Counted from the stretch's first letter, positions 15,563 to 25,203 are shown. The stretch: DNA of 25,397 nt from Candidatus Bipolaricaulia bacterium (GCA_042219045.1 JBDGQO010000035.1:1650-27046); one strand, 5' to 3'. A program made the numbers and translations. The notes: generated by a model from the letters alone, not told the origin.

Positions 15563-16573
15563 TCAACGGACGCGCCGCATGAGCCCGAGTAACCCAATCC
15601 CAAGCATCAGCCCGGCCGTCCCGGGTAGCTCCGCGCCCGCTTGATCGGTCTGTGAATCAGCGTCGCAGACGGGATAGAGGAACTCGCGACCGCCAAGGTC
15701 GTCCGGTCGCAGACGGGCCCGATCCTGCCCGAGCTGACGATGGAAGTAAGTCGATTTATACCCGCGCGCCATGATGGCGGTGGCATCGTAGCCGTCGATG
15801 ATGTGGAGGCCCTGCTGAGGGTTCTCGCAGTCGATATCGATCGGTTCGGTGGGATCGTTCCCGCTGTGATAGTTGGGATTCTCAAACGGGTGATCCAAGC
15901 CCAGCGTATGGCCGATTTCGTGCATCATTAACCCTGGGAAGTACGAGCATGTCTCCGCGAACGTCCCGGTCAATGACGGATCGATGTACCAACATCGGCG
16001 GGTGTCCACGACGATATCGGCGCCCGTAATCGTCCCTCCCGGAAGCTGCCTCCCATTGGTGCCGCGTGGCGAACTTTGCGCCAACTTAACCCGAGCGTAC
16101 GCACCGGCGTCCCGGTTCCTCGGATTGTGTTCCTCAAACCGCTTCGACGCGAAGACATCGATCTCCGCACCGCCGCTGTTCGGGTTGTCGCGAGTGGCCA
16201 GACGGGGCTGGACTTGCTCGCTCACGTCAACGAAGTTGATCCTCGGATGATCGGCTGCCCAATTGGTGAAAGCTTGGCCGACGGCCGCGTGGATCTCTTC
16301 ACAACGAGGCGTCGGCTCATCTGCGAAATAGGGCTGCATCCAATTGCAGAACGGATCGTCGATTGCGTATTCAAGGCCCCCGCCCAGTCCACGCGCACTG
16401 GTGTCGACGAAGGCGTTGTCGGTCATGGACCAGCGTTGGGCGTGGTCGAGTCCTCTTCGTTCTTCGACGACCGAAAACCCGGCTGCCTGGGGTGCCGGAA
16501 TGGCCATCAACGCAAGCGCCAATCCGACGACGACCCCCCGGCTGAGTCCTCGTCTCGCGATCGTTGTCGCCAT
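15563..16573 (-). CDS. Secreted matrixin-like (metzincin) zinc metalloprotease with C-terminal sorting signal
   Basis: HEIGHTLGLDH zinc motif, Met-turn AIMARGY, signal peptide, C-terminal LPGTAGLMLGIGLLGLMRRVR. Confidence 0.85.
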   Translation of the reverse strand: MATTIARRGLSRGVVVGLALALMAIPAPQAAGFSVVEERRGLDHAQRWSMTDNAFVDTSARGLGGGLEYAIDDPFCNWMQPYFADEPTPRCEEIHAAVGQAFTNWAADHPRINFVDVSEQVQPRLATRDNPNSGGAEIDVFASKRFEEHNPRNRDAGAYARVKLAQSSPRGTNGRQLPGGTITGADIVVDTRRCWYIDPSLTGTFAETCSYFPGLMMHEIGHTLGLDHPFENPNYHSGNDPTEPIDIDCENPQQGLHIIDGYDATAIMARGYKSTYFHRQLGQDRARLRPDDLGGREFLYPVCDADSQTDQAGAELPGTAGLMLGIGLLGLMRRVR

Positions 16574-16646
16574 GTTGCCCCCTTTCTGCTCGGACGGAGG
16601 CTAACATACCATGGCGCCGAGGATGGGCAAGGGCGTACGGCTGGCT

Positions 16647-17672
16647 TCAAGGGATGAGGACAAGCTTGCCGAAGACGTCGCCGGCGGCCATCGCCTCATG
16701 TGCCGCTTGGGCATCCGACAGCGGAAACGTCCGGTGGACGATCGGCTCGAGCTTGCGATCCCATACCAAGTTCATGACGTCATCGAACTCGGCGCGCGTG
16801 CCCATCGTGGAGCCGATCAGTTCCAGCTGCTTCCAGAACAGCACGCGCAGGTCCATTTCGCCCTGGGGGCCCGTCGTGGCGCCACAGCAGACGAGCCGAC
16901 CGCCCTTGCGCAGACAGCGTACGCTGCCCGGAAACGTCGCCTCGCCCACGCTTTCCACGACGACGTCGACGCCGCGCTTGCCGGTCCGATGGTAGACGTC
17001 CTTGCTGAAGTCGACCTCGTTATAATTGATGAGCTCGTCGGCGCCGAGTTCTTGGAGGCGTTGGAGCTTCTCGTCACTGCCAGCGGTAACGAACACCCGG
17101 GCGCCGGCCAGCTTCGCGATCTGCAACGCGGCCGTGCCGACGCCGCCGCTGGCGCCCAAGATGAGAACGTCTTCGCCCGTCCGTAGCCGAGCGCGCGTCA
17201 TGAGCATCCGCCAGGCCGTGAGGAACGTCAACGGCGCCGCCGCGGCCTGCTCAAACGAAAAGCCGTCCGGCATTCTGGATAGGTTGCGCGCGGGCACCTT
17301 GACGAGTTCGGCGTAGCCGCCGTCGCCGTGCTCGCCGACGATGCTGAACGAGGCGCACAGCGAGTCCTCGCCCATGCGACAGAACTCGCAGTTCCCACAG
17401 CTCAGGCTCGGATTGAGCACGACGTGATCCCCCGGCTGGAACCCGTCGACGTCCGCCCCGACGTCCTCGAGGGTTCCCGCCACGTCGCTGCCCGAAGTGT
17501 GCGGCAAGTCCAAGCCGGGCACGGCTCCGGCCCGAACGAAGAGATCGAGATGGTTGAGCGCGCACGCCTTCACCCGGATAAGGGCTTCGCCAGCGCCGAT
17601 CTCGGGATCGGGCGCGTCCTCGTACTGGAGCACCTCCGGGCCGCCGTGCTCGTGGATACGGACGGCTTTCAC
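16647..17672 (-). CDS. Zinc-binding MDR alcohol dehydrogenase / quinone oxidoreductase-like protein
   Basis: MKAVRIHEHGGPEVL, ALNHLD, structural Zn CGNCEFC...C, GASGGVG, FGKLVL. Confidence 0.93.
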   Translation of the reverse strand: MKAVRIHEHGGPEVLQYEDAPDPEIGAGEALIRVKACALNHLDLFVRAGAVPGLDLPHTSGSDVAGTLEDVGADVDGFQPGDHVVLNPSLSCGNCEFCRMGEDSLCASFSIVGEHGDGGYAELVKVPARNLSRMPDGFSFEQAAAAPLTFLTAWRMLMTRARLRTGEDVLILGASGGVGTAALQIAKLAGARVFVTAGSDEKLQRLQELGADELINYNEVDFSKDVYHRTGKRGVDVVVESVGEATFPGSVRCLRKGGRLVCCGATTGPQGEMDLRVLFWKQLELIGSTMGTRAEFDDVMNLVWDRKLEPIVHRTFPLSDAQAAHEAMAAGDVFGKLVLIP

Positions 17673-17704
17673 GATATCACCTCAGCGCAAGTTCGTGGAA
17701 TCAA

Positions 17705-18304
17705 CTAAATGTGGGTTCGACCCTCGAGCGCGCGCGTCAGCGTCAGCTCGTCGGCAAATTCCAAATCACGACCGATGGGGACACCCTGCGCAATCCGGCT
17801 GGCCTCAATGCCCATCGGCTTGATCTGTCGCGCAAGATACATCCCGGTCGCCTCGCCCTCGACGTTCGGATCGAGCGCCAGGATCACTTCGTTGACCTCG
17901 CCGCTTTGCAGCCGTTGAAGCAGCTCCTCAATGTGGAGATCCTCCGGATTGACGTCGTTGACGGGCGAGATAAGCCCGCCGAGGACGTGATAGAGCCCTT
18001 GATAGCTGCTCGTCTGCTCGATCTTCCACAGCTCTTGCGGATGGCTGACCACGCAGACCACCGACGCGTCGCGCCGATCGTCACGGCAGATGGGACAGAG
18101 CTCCCCTTCCGCAAAGTTGAAGCACCGCGAGCAGAGCTGGATCTTGTCCTTGAGATCGAGCAGGGCCTTTGCCAGCGGGGTCACCTCGGACTTCGGCTCA
18201 TTCAGGAGGTGGAACATGAGCCGCTCGGCGGTCCGCTGCCCCACGCTCGGCAGCTTCTGCAGCTCGTCGATGACGCGTTGGATCGGGTCCGGGTATCCGC
18301 TCAT
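17705..18304 (-). CDS. recR: Recombination mediator RecR
   Basis: LPSVGQRTAERL (HhH), C4 zinc finger CSRC...CPIC, YHVLGGLISP, EGEAT, Toprim domain. Confidence 0.98.
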   Translation of the reverse strand: MSGYPDPIQRVIDELQKLPSVGQRTAERLMFHLLNEPKSEVTPLAKALLDLKDKIQLCSRCFNFAEGELCPICRDDRRDASVVCVVSHPQELWKIEQTSSYQGLYHVLGGLISPVNDVNPEDLHIEELLQRLQSGEVNEVILALDPNVEGEATGMYLARQIKPMGIEASRIAQGVPIGRDLEFADELTLTRALEGRTHI

Positions 18305-18312
18305 GCAACCGT

Positions 18313-18341
18313 ATTATCGGTGATCGGCGACGGGCAGTCAA
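18313..18341 (-). promoter_or_regulatory. Internal promoter giving a near-leaderless recR mRNA
   Basis: TTGACT - 17 bp - GATAAT, 8 nt before the ATG; no SD. Confidence 0.6.
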
Positions 18342-18400
18342 CGGGATTGGCCGGCCACTGGGCCCCTCGACGTCCCATGCCCATCAACCGACCGATCCGT

Positions 18401-18733
18401 TTAGCCGAACAGTCCCGGAATGTTCGGCAGGTTCATGTCCCCCATGACTTCGTTCATCTTCTCTTGGGCGGTCTCCTTCGCCTTGGATTGGGCCTCTTTG
18501 ATGGCGGCCAGGACCAAGTCCTCGAGCATCTCCGTGTCCTCGGGGTCGATGACCTCGGGATCGATGTTGATGTCGACGATCTCCTCGCGCCCGTTGGCCG
18601 TCACGGTGACCATGCCGCCGCCGGCCGTCGCCTCGACCGTCAGCTCCGCCAGCTCCTCCTGCTTTTTCTGCATGGCCTCTTGGGCCTCCTGGACCTGCTT
18701 CATCATGTTGCCCATCTTGCCGGAAAACTGCAT
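18401..18733 (-). CDS. ybaB: YbaB/EbfC nucleoid-associated protein
   Basis: MMKQVQEAQ...[12 protein letters not shown]...[21 protein letters not shown] 7 nt before ATG 18733; canonical dnaX-ybaB-recR order. Confidence 0.96.
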   Translation of the reverse strand: MQFSGKMGNMMKQVQEAQEAMQKKQEELAELTVEATAGGGMVTVTANGREEIVDINIDPEVIDPEDTEMLEDLVLAAIKEAQSKAKETAQEKMNEVMGDMNLPNIPGLFG

Positions 18734-18761
18734 GATTTGCCCTCCTTTGCCTATCTCGGCC

Positions 18762-18790
18762 ATTATAGGCGGGCCGGACAGCCGGATCAA
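18762..18790 (-). promoter_or_regulatory. Internal promoter for ybaB
   Basis: TTGATC - 17 bp - TATAAT. Confidence 0.65.
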
Positions 18791-20484
18791 TCCAAAATGT
18801 GTCCGTCGAAAATTCGCCGAACGAGCTCGACCTTTTCATCCAGGTCGCTTTCGGGAGCTGACGGCTCTGACGGCGCTGAGTCGGGCGACGTCGATGCAGG
18901 ATGCCCATTCCCGGAACCGGGCGCCCCAGCAAAGTCGATCTTGACGGTGACGTCGCCGTAGACCTCGTGGACAAGCTTGCGGACAAACTCGAGGTTGGCC
19001 GGCTGCTCCAGGCGCTCCTTGTGGAAGCCGTATTCGGGCGGAAACTCGATCGCGAGCGTCCCCTCGCGCTCGTTCGGGCGCCCCTCCGTCAGCAGCGCAT
19101 AGATGCCGATCTTTTCGTCCTTGCTGCGCGCCAACAGTTGCTCCCACAGTGAGCTGCTGGGCTCGGGGCTCGGCGATTCAGACGACGTCTCGGCGGATTT
19201 TTCCTGAGCCCCCGGGGGGGGCTGAGGCGCGGGCTCGGCCGCAGATGCTTCATCAGTGGCTTCATCCTGGCTCCTTTCGCGGTCATCGCCCGCGCTCGAT
19301 TGAACAGCGGCATCGGCCGTATCGACCACATCGGAGGGATGGGATGTATCGGGGTCGGTCGATGATTCGGACTCTGAGGACGATGACTGCGAAGTTGACG
19401 GCGCCGTTGCCTCCACGTCGGGATTGGGCTTCTCTGGAGCGGGCGACGTCCATTCGAGCACCTTGACCTCGAAGAGCATCCGCTTGTCGAACGCGCCGTT
19501 CATCGCCCGCTTGATCTCCAGGAGCTCGCTCGTGAGGGAGACCCACGCGTCCGAGGACGATCCATCTTCCATCGTTTCAATAAGTCGATCACGGCTGCGA
19601 TGGAGCAGTTCGTCGAGGAAAAGCTCCAGATCTCGACCTCGCTCGGCTAAGTCCGCAATCATCGCGATGGCCGTCTGCGCATCGCCGTCGTTGAGCGCGT
19701 CCAGGAACGCATCCAGCGTCTCATCAGGCGGAACACCCAGGACTTCCGACAGATCGTCGTCCGTGATCGTGCGTCGGCCCGTGTAGGACACGAGTTGCTC
19801 AAGCAGCACGAGCGCGTTGCGTAGCGCGCCGCGCGCGTGACGCGCCAGCGCTTGCAGGGCGCCATCTTCGATGCTGATCGCTTCGACCTGCGCGATCGCC
19901 TGCAGCCGTTCGACGATCAGCGATTGCGGAATGTTTTTGCATTCGAACGACTGGCAGCGCGACAGCACCGTCGGGGGAACTTTGTGGGGTTCGGTCGTGG
20001 CAAAGAGGAAGATGACGTGAGTGGGCGGCTCCTCCAGCGTCTTGAGCAGCGCGTTGAAGGCCTCGTTCGTGAGCATATGGACTTCGTCGATGATGTAGAC
20101 TTTGTATCGATTCTGCGTCGGCGCGTAGGTCACTTCCTCGCGCAGTTGGCGGATTTGGTCGATGCCGCGGTTGGAGGCGCCATCGATCTCGATGATGTCG
20201 AGCGCGTTGCCGCGCGCGATGCGCGCGCAGCTGTCGCACTCGTTGCACGGCTCCCCGTCGCTCGGGGTCTCGCAGTTGACGGCTTTGGCCAAAATGCGGG
20301 CGAGGCTCGTCTTGCCCGTGCCGCGGGGACCGGCGAAGAGGTACGCATGCGCGATCTCGCCCTGAGATACCGCGTTTCGCAACGTCTGGACGGTGTAATG
20401 CTGATCGACGACGTCGTCGAAACGCGACGGCCGCCACCTGCGGTAGAGCGATTGATGGGTGCGCACGCGTGCCTCGGATGTCAA
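18787..20484 (-). CDS. dnaX: DNA polymerase III subunit gamma/tau
   Basis: [16 protein letters not shown], zinc [30 protein letters not shown] start with SD AAAGGAG; acidic S/D/E/P linker. Confidence 0.98.
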   Translation of the reverse strand: MTSEARVRTHQSLYRRWRPSRFDDVVDQHYTVQTLRNAVSQGEIAHAYLFAGPRGTGKTSLARILAKAVNCETPSDGEPCNECDSCARIARGNALDIIEIDGASNRGIDQIRQLREEVTYAPTQNRYKVYIIDEVHMLTNEAFNALLKTLEEPPTHVIFLFATTEPHKVPPTVLSRCQSFECKNIPQSLIVERLQAIAQVEAISIEDGALQALARHARGALRNALVLLEQLVSYTGRRTITDDDLSEVLGVPPDETLDAFLDALNDGDAQTAIAMIADLAERGRDLELFLDELLHRSRDRLIETMEDGSSSDAWVSLTSELLEIKRAMNGAFDKRMLFEVKVLEWTSPAPEKPNPDVEATAPSTSQSSSSESESSTDPDTSHPSDVVDTADAAVQSSAGDDRERSQDEATDEASAAEPAPQPPPGAQEKSAETSSESPSPEPSSSLWEQLLARSKDEKIGIYALLTEGRPNEREGTLAIEFPPEYGFHKERLEQPANLEFVRKLVHEVYGDVTVKIDFAGAPGSGNGHPASTSPDSAPSEPSAPESDLDEKVELVRRIFDGHILD

Positions 20485-20722
20485 GTTGCTCTCCTTTGCC
20501 CAGAAAACTGGCTTACAGACCGGATCTACGGTGTTTGCTTTCGGCTGGATAAACCCCGATTTGTATCTTGATCATCCAGGGCGGACGTGTCAACGGACAG
20601 ACGTCCGTCGAGGCGAGGAGACCCCCGCATATAGGCTTTGAAGATGCTTTCAGGACATTGGTCCGTCCCGTGGGTTGTAACTGTGGGAGGCCCACTAAGA
20701 GAGTTGAGCGTGGCCGAGCGGG

Positions 20723-20797
20723 TCGGAGAGGCCGGATTCGAACCGGCGACCTCCTGCTCCCAAAGCAGGCGCGCTAGCCAGACTGCGCCACTCTCCG
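20723..20797 (-). tRNA. tRNA-Pro (anticodon TGG), CCA not encoded
   Basis: CGGAGAG/CTCTCCG acceptor, CCTGC-TTTGGGA-GCAGG anticodon arm, GGTTCGAATCC; discriminator A followed by CCC. Confidence 0.97.
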
Positions 20798-20807
20798 AAT
20801 CTTCCAA

Positions 20808-20836
20808 ATTATACGGGGTCAACCTCGTTGACTCAA
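20808..20836 (-). promoter_or_regulatory. sigma70 promoter of tRNA-Pro
   Basis: TTGAGT - 17 bp - TATAAT. Confidence 0.8.
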
Positions 20837-20912
20837 TAGCGGCCAGTGGCGATCCATCGGCTGCCAAAGTACACTTTGGCCATCCACATGCCTGCTTGAG
20901 GAGGCGATGTCC

Positions 20913-22637
20913 ATGGCCGTCGACCCGGCCCGACTCCCCCGCGAATACCCGCGGCGATTTGTCCCTGAGGATGCCGATCTCGGCGACTGGACCCACATTG
21001 AACCGCTGTTTGACCAACTGGACGAGCGCCCCATCGACACTCGCGATCAGTTGGAGAGCTGGCTCGTCGACTGGTCGGAGCTGATCGCCTGCATCCATGA
21101 AGAGGGCTCGCTCCGTCACATCCGCATGACGATCGACACCGACAACGAGGAGTTCGAGAACGCCTATCTCCACTTCATCTCCGAAATCCAACCGAAGCTG
21201 AAGCCGCGCAACCATGCGCTGCAAGCGCGCTACGTCGACAGCCCCGCCCGCGGCGAACTGTCGGATTATTATCGCGTCATGGATCGCTCGACCGAGAACG
21301 ACGTCGAGCTGTTCCACGAGGCCAACGTCCCGCTCGAGACCGAGGACCAGAAACTCGGCCAGCGCTACCAAAAGCTCACGGGCGCGATGACCGTGACGTT
21401 CCAAGGCGAGGAGCGCACGCTGCAGCAGATGGCCCGATTCCTGGAAGAGCCCCAGCGTGACGTGCGCCAAGAGGCTTGGGAGCTCGTCGCGGAGCGACGC
21501 CTCCAAGATCGCGACACGATCAACGAGCTCTACGACGAGATGCTGCAGAATCGCCAACAACGGGCGGAGAACGCGGGATTTGACAACTTCCGTGATTACG
21601 CGTTCCGGCAGCGGGAGCGGTTCGACTACACCCCGCAAGACTGCGTCGAGTTCCAGAACGCGGTCGAAGCGCATATCGTGCCCCTCAAGCGCGAACTGGA
21701 AGGGCAACGACGCGATGCGCTCGGCGTCGAGACGCTGCGCCCTTGGGACCTGGAGGTTGATCCGCACAACCGCGCCCCACTGCGCCCGTTCAACGACGCC
21801 GACGAACTCGTCGACGGCTGCGCCAAGGTCTTCGGCAAGGTGGATCTCGAACTGGGCAGCCAGTTCCAGCAGATGGCTGATCTTGGGCTTCTCGATTTGG
21901 AAAGCCGCAAGGGCAAGGCCCCGGGAGGCTATCAGGCGATGCTGGCCGAGCGGCGCTTTCCGTTCATCTTCATGAACGCCGTCGGCCGCAACGGCGACCT
22001 GCGGACGCTGTTGCACGAGGGGGGCCACGCGTTCCATACGTTCGCGGCACGCGACGAGCCCTTGGTCGGCTATCGCCACGCGCCCACGGAGTTCGCCGAG
22101 GTCGCCTCGATGAGCATGGAGCTGCTCAGTCGTCCGTACTGGGAAGTCTTCTACGACACCGAAGGCGCCGAGCGCGCACGCCGCGATCACCTGGAGCGCA
22201 TTGTCAACATTCTGCCGTGGATTGCCACGATCGACGCCTTCCAGCACTGGATCTATACCAATCCCGGCCACAGCGTCGACGAGCGCGAGGACAAGTGGCT
22301 CGAGCTGCGCGAGCGCTTCGGCGGGATTGACGATTGGAGCGGGCACGAAACGGCCCGCCGGAACGAGTGGCACCGCCAGCTCCATCTCTTTTTGATCCCC
22401 TTCTACTACATTGAATATGGGATCGCGCAGTTGGGGGCGCTCGGCGTGTGGCTCCAAGCCCAGGAGAACCCACGGGAGGCGCTCGGCAACTATCGCAGCG
22501 CGCTGGCGCTCGGCGGCTCGCGGCCGCTGCCCGAGCTGTTCCAGGCCGCGGGCCTCGAGTTCGACTTCGGCGAAGGGGCCGTCAAGCGGGCCGCTCACGG
22601 CCTGCGCGAGGCGTTGGCGTCCGTGGAGTCGAAATGA
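20913..22637 (+). CDS. M3 family oligoendopeptidase (PepF-like)
   Basis: KGKAPGGY, HEGGHAFH, EFAEVASMSMEL, HLFLIPFYYIEYGIAQ. SD GAGGAGG spacing favours ATG 20913. Confidence 0.95.
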   Translation: MAVDPARLPREYPRRFVPEDADLGDWTHIEPLFDQLDERPIDTRDQLESWLVDWSELIACIHEEGSLRHIRMTIDTDNEEFENAYLHFISEIQPKLKPRNHALQARYVDSPARGELSDYYRVMDRSTENDVELFHEANVPLETEDQKLGQRYQKLTGAMTVTFQGEERTLQQMARFLEEPQRDVRQEAWELVAERRLQDRDTINELYDEMLQNRQQRAENAGFDNFRDYAFRQRERFDYTPQDCVEFQNAVEAHIVPLKRELEGQRRDALGVETLRPWDLEVDPHNRAPLRPFNDADELVDGCAKVFGKVDLELGSQFQQMADLGLLDLESRKGKAPGGYQAMLAERRFPFIFMNAVGRNGDLRTLLHEGGHAFHTFAARDEPLVGYRHAPTEFAEVASMSMELLSRPYWEVFYDTEGAERARRDHLERIVNILPWIATIDAFQHWIYTNPGHSVDEREDKWLELRERFGGIDDWSGHETARRNEWHRQLHLFLIPFYYIEYGIAQLGALGVWLQAQENPREALGNYRSALALGGSRPLPELFQAAGLEFDFGEGAVKRAAHGLREALASVESK

Positions 22638-22751
22638 TCGACGGTCGCGGACGTTGATGGCCGACCTGATGGGGATCGTTGAGTCATCCATTGAGACGGC
22701 CGTACACTGGCTGTCAACTGCGGAGAGCGTCGATACGAAAGGGGATCATTC

Positions 22752-23921
22752 ATGAATGCCGACATCGTCATTGTGGATGCGGTGCGCACGCCCATTGGAA
22801 AATTCCAAGGGCGCGTCTCGCGCTTCAGCGCCACGGAACTGGGGGCCCACGTCGTCAAGGGGCTTGTCGAGAGGAATGAGCTTGAAGGCGACGAGATCGA
22901 CGAGGTGATCCTGGGCAACGTCGTCCAGGCCGGCGTCGGGCAGGCCCCCGTGCGCCAAGCGTCCATTCGCGGCGGATTGTCCGCCCGCGTCCCCGGCGTA
23001 ACGATCAACAAGGTCTGCGGCTCAGGGCTGAAGGCCGTCGTCCAGGCCACTCAAGCCATCAAGGCCGGCGATGCGACGACGGTCGTGGCGGGCGGCATGG
23101 AGTCGATGAGCAACGCGCCGTTCCTGCTCAACGGCGCGCGCAAGGGGATCAAGTTCGGCCATCAGAAGCTCGTCGACGCGATGCTCGAGGACGGGCTGTG
23201 GTGTGCGTTCGAGGATCATCATATGGGCAACTCCGCGGAATACACGGCCCAACAAGCGGGCCTGACGCGCGAGGATCAGGACCAATTTGCGCTGCGCAGC
23301 CACCAGAACGCGGTGCGGGCCACGGACAGCGGCAAGTTCCGGAACGAGCTCTTGCCCCTGGAAGACAAGGAGGGGCCCATCGATCGGGACGAGTCGCCCC
23401 GCGCGGACACGTCGCTGGAGAAGCTCGGCACGCTGAAGCCGGCCTTTGAGAAGAACGGCACGGTGACCGCCGGGAACGCGCCCGGCCTCAACGACGGCGC
23501 CTCGGCGCTCATCGTCACGACGGCGGCGGAAGCTGAACGCCAAGGCTGGACGCCCGTTGCAAAAGTCGTCGACTACGCCGTGGCCGCCACCGAGCCGCTG
23601 GACCTGTTCTTTGCGCCGATCCACTCCACGAAGGCCCTCATGGCCAAGATGGACGTCGACGTCGACCACTTCGACCTCATTGAGGTCAACGAGGCGTTCG
23701 CCTCACAGACGTTGGCCGACGGCAACGAGCTCGGTTGGGACTGGGACCGCGTCAACGTCAACGGCGGCGCGATTGCGCTCGGCCACCCGATCGGCGCCAG
23801 CGGCGCGCGCATCCTGACGACGCTCACGTGGGCCATGCACGACCGCGACGCCGAGACCGGCCTCGCCACGATCTGCATGGGCGGCGGCAACGGCCTCTCG
23901 TTGGCCCTTGAGCGCATCTAG
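22752..23921 (+). CDS. Acetyl-CoA C-acyltransferase (thiolase)
   Basis: NKVCGSG, GGMESMS, NEAFA, GHPIGASG, CMGGG catalytic motifs. Confidence 0.97.
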   Translation: MNADIVIVDAVRTPIGKFQGRVSRFSATELGAHVVKGLVERNELEGDEIDEVILGNVVQAGVGQAPVRQASIRGGLSARVPGVTINKVCGSGLKAVVQATQAIKAGDATTVVAGGMESMSNAPFLLNGARKGIKFGHQKLVDAMLEDGLWCAFEDHHMGNSAEYTAQQAGLTREDQDQFALRSHQNAVRATDSGKFRNELLPLEDKEGPIDRDESPRADTSLEKLGTLKPAFEKNGTVTAGNAPGLNDGASALIVTTAAEAERQGWTPVAKVVDYAVAATEPLDLFFAPIHSTKALMAKMDVDVDHFDLIEVNEAFASQTLADGNELGWDWDRVNVNGGAIALGHPIGASGARILTTLTWAMHDRDAETGLATICMGGGNGLSLALERI

Positions 23922-23930
23922 GGGACTGGC

Positions 23931-24764
23931 GTGAAGATCGCGTTCCAGGGCGAGCTCGGCGCCTACAGCCACGAGGCGATCGTCGAAGGCCTCGGAACCG
24001 AGCCCGAGGTCGCCCCCTCGGACTCGTTCCAGGACGTCTTCCGTCTGACAACCGATGGGACGACCGACGTTGGGCTCGTCCCGATTGAGAACGCCCTGAC
24101 GGGCAGCATTCACGAGGTCTACGACCTCCTGTTGGCGCACGACTTATCCATCGTGATGGAGGTCACCTTGCCGATCCGCCATGAGCTGCTCGGCGTGCCG
24201 GGCTCGTCGCTGGACGACATTGAGGCCGTCTATTCCCATCCACAGGGGTTGTGGCAGTGCAGCCGCTTCCTTGACGACCTCAACGTCGAACGGGTGGCGG
24301 TCTACGACACCGCCGGAGCAGCTAGATGGGTCGCGGAAGGGAACGACGCCGCCCATGCTGCCATAGCCGGCCCCTTGGCCGCCGACCTCTATGGACTTGA
24401 CACGCTGGCGCGCGATATCTCGACCCAGCCCCACAACGCGACGCGCTTCGTGGTCCTCGGCGAGCCGTCGGCCGCACTGGCCAAGAACGCGCCCTATAAG
24501 ACGTCCCTGGTCGTTGAGCTGGCCCACGAGCCGGGGGCGCTCTACGACGCGCTGTTGCCCTTCTCCCGGAATGGGATCAACTTGACCAAGCTGGAGTCGC
24601 GGCCCATGGGCGACGCGCCCTGGCAGTATCGGTTCTATTTGGACTTCGAGGGTCACGTGACAACCCCCTCGGTGCAGACGGCGTTGGACGAGCTAGGGGC
24701 CCGCGTGGCAAGCTACCGAGTGCTCGGCACGTATCCGAGCGTCCAGGGAGGCGATGGCGCATGA
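23931..24764 (+). CDS. pheA: Prephenate dehydratase (monofunctional, PDT + ACT)
   Basis: AFQGELGAYS, VPIEN, SHPQ, NATRF, INLTKLESRP, YRFYLDFEG, LGTYP. Confidence 0.95.
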   Translation: MKIAFQGELGAYSHEAIVEGLGTEPEVAPSDSFQDVFRLTTDGTTDVGLVPIENALTGSIHEVYDLLLAHDLSIVMEVTLPIRHELLGVPGSSLDDIEAVYSHPQGLWQCSRFLDDLNVERVAVYDTAGAARWVAEGNDAAHAAIAGPLAADLYGLDTLARDISTQPHNATRFVVLGEPSAALAKNAPYKTSLVVELAHEPGALYDALLPFSRNGINLTKLESRPMGDAPWQYRFYLDFEGHVTTPSVQTALDELGARVASYRVLGTYPSVQGGDGA

Positions 24765-25195
24765 GTGACTACCAATGGACCCAGCTGGTCCAGCGCGAAT
24801 ACCATGAGGCCGACAGCCATTTCATCCGTGATGTTCTGCCGATGGGCTCGGTCGACGGGTCCTCGTTCGGGCTGATCGCCGACGCGACCCACTATCGCCT
24901 GGTCGACGAGGGCGAGGCGGTCCACATTCGTCCGCAAGTTGCCGAACTGGAAGGGATCATCAAGTCCCTCGGCCAAGGCGGCATGAGCGTCAACGCGGCC
25001 GACGCCAAGGCCAGCGTCCATCGGTTCGCCGAGATCTGGGAAGAGCGCATCCGCGCCGCCAACAAGTGGGAGCAGGTGCTTGAGACCGCCCGCGACGCGG
25101 ACGAGATCCGCCAACCCGACGACGACGCCTCGGCCAACGGCACGGTTGAAGCAGGGGTGCTAAGCCGATTGAAACGGCGCCTGTTCGGCGAATGA
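24761..25195 (+). CDS. Hypothetical protein, 144 aa
   Basis: ATGA overlap with pheA, SD GGAGG, typical codon usage, C-terminal amphipathic GVLSRLKRRLFGE. Confidence 0.75.
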   Translation: MSDYQWTQLVQREYHEADSHFIRDVLPMGSVDGSSFGLIADATHYRLVDEGEAVHIRPQVAELEGIIKSLGQGGMSVNAADAKASVHRFAEIWEERIRAANKWEQVLETARDADEIRQPDDDASANGTVEAGVLSRLKRRLFGE

Positions 25196-25203
25196 GCGCG
25201 GTC

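Noticed and set aside
16290..16320. PRC in the matrixin-like protein as an MMP cysteine switch
   Set aside because: It reads PRCEEI, not PRCGxPD, and lies within the apparent catalytic domain; more likely a disulfide Cys.
17711..18961. 416-aa plus-strand ORF
   Set aside because: Antisense shadow of recR, ybaB and dnaX, typical of high-GC codon bias.
20485..20722. SRP RNA (ffs), often found upstream of dnaX
   Set aside because: The conserved domain IV motif (CAGG...GGAAG...AGCAG) is not present on either strand.
20526..22691. 721-aa minus-strand ORF
   Set aside because: In-register antisense of the M3 peptidase that also runs through tRNA-Pro; no protein motifs.
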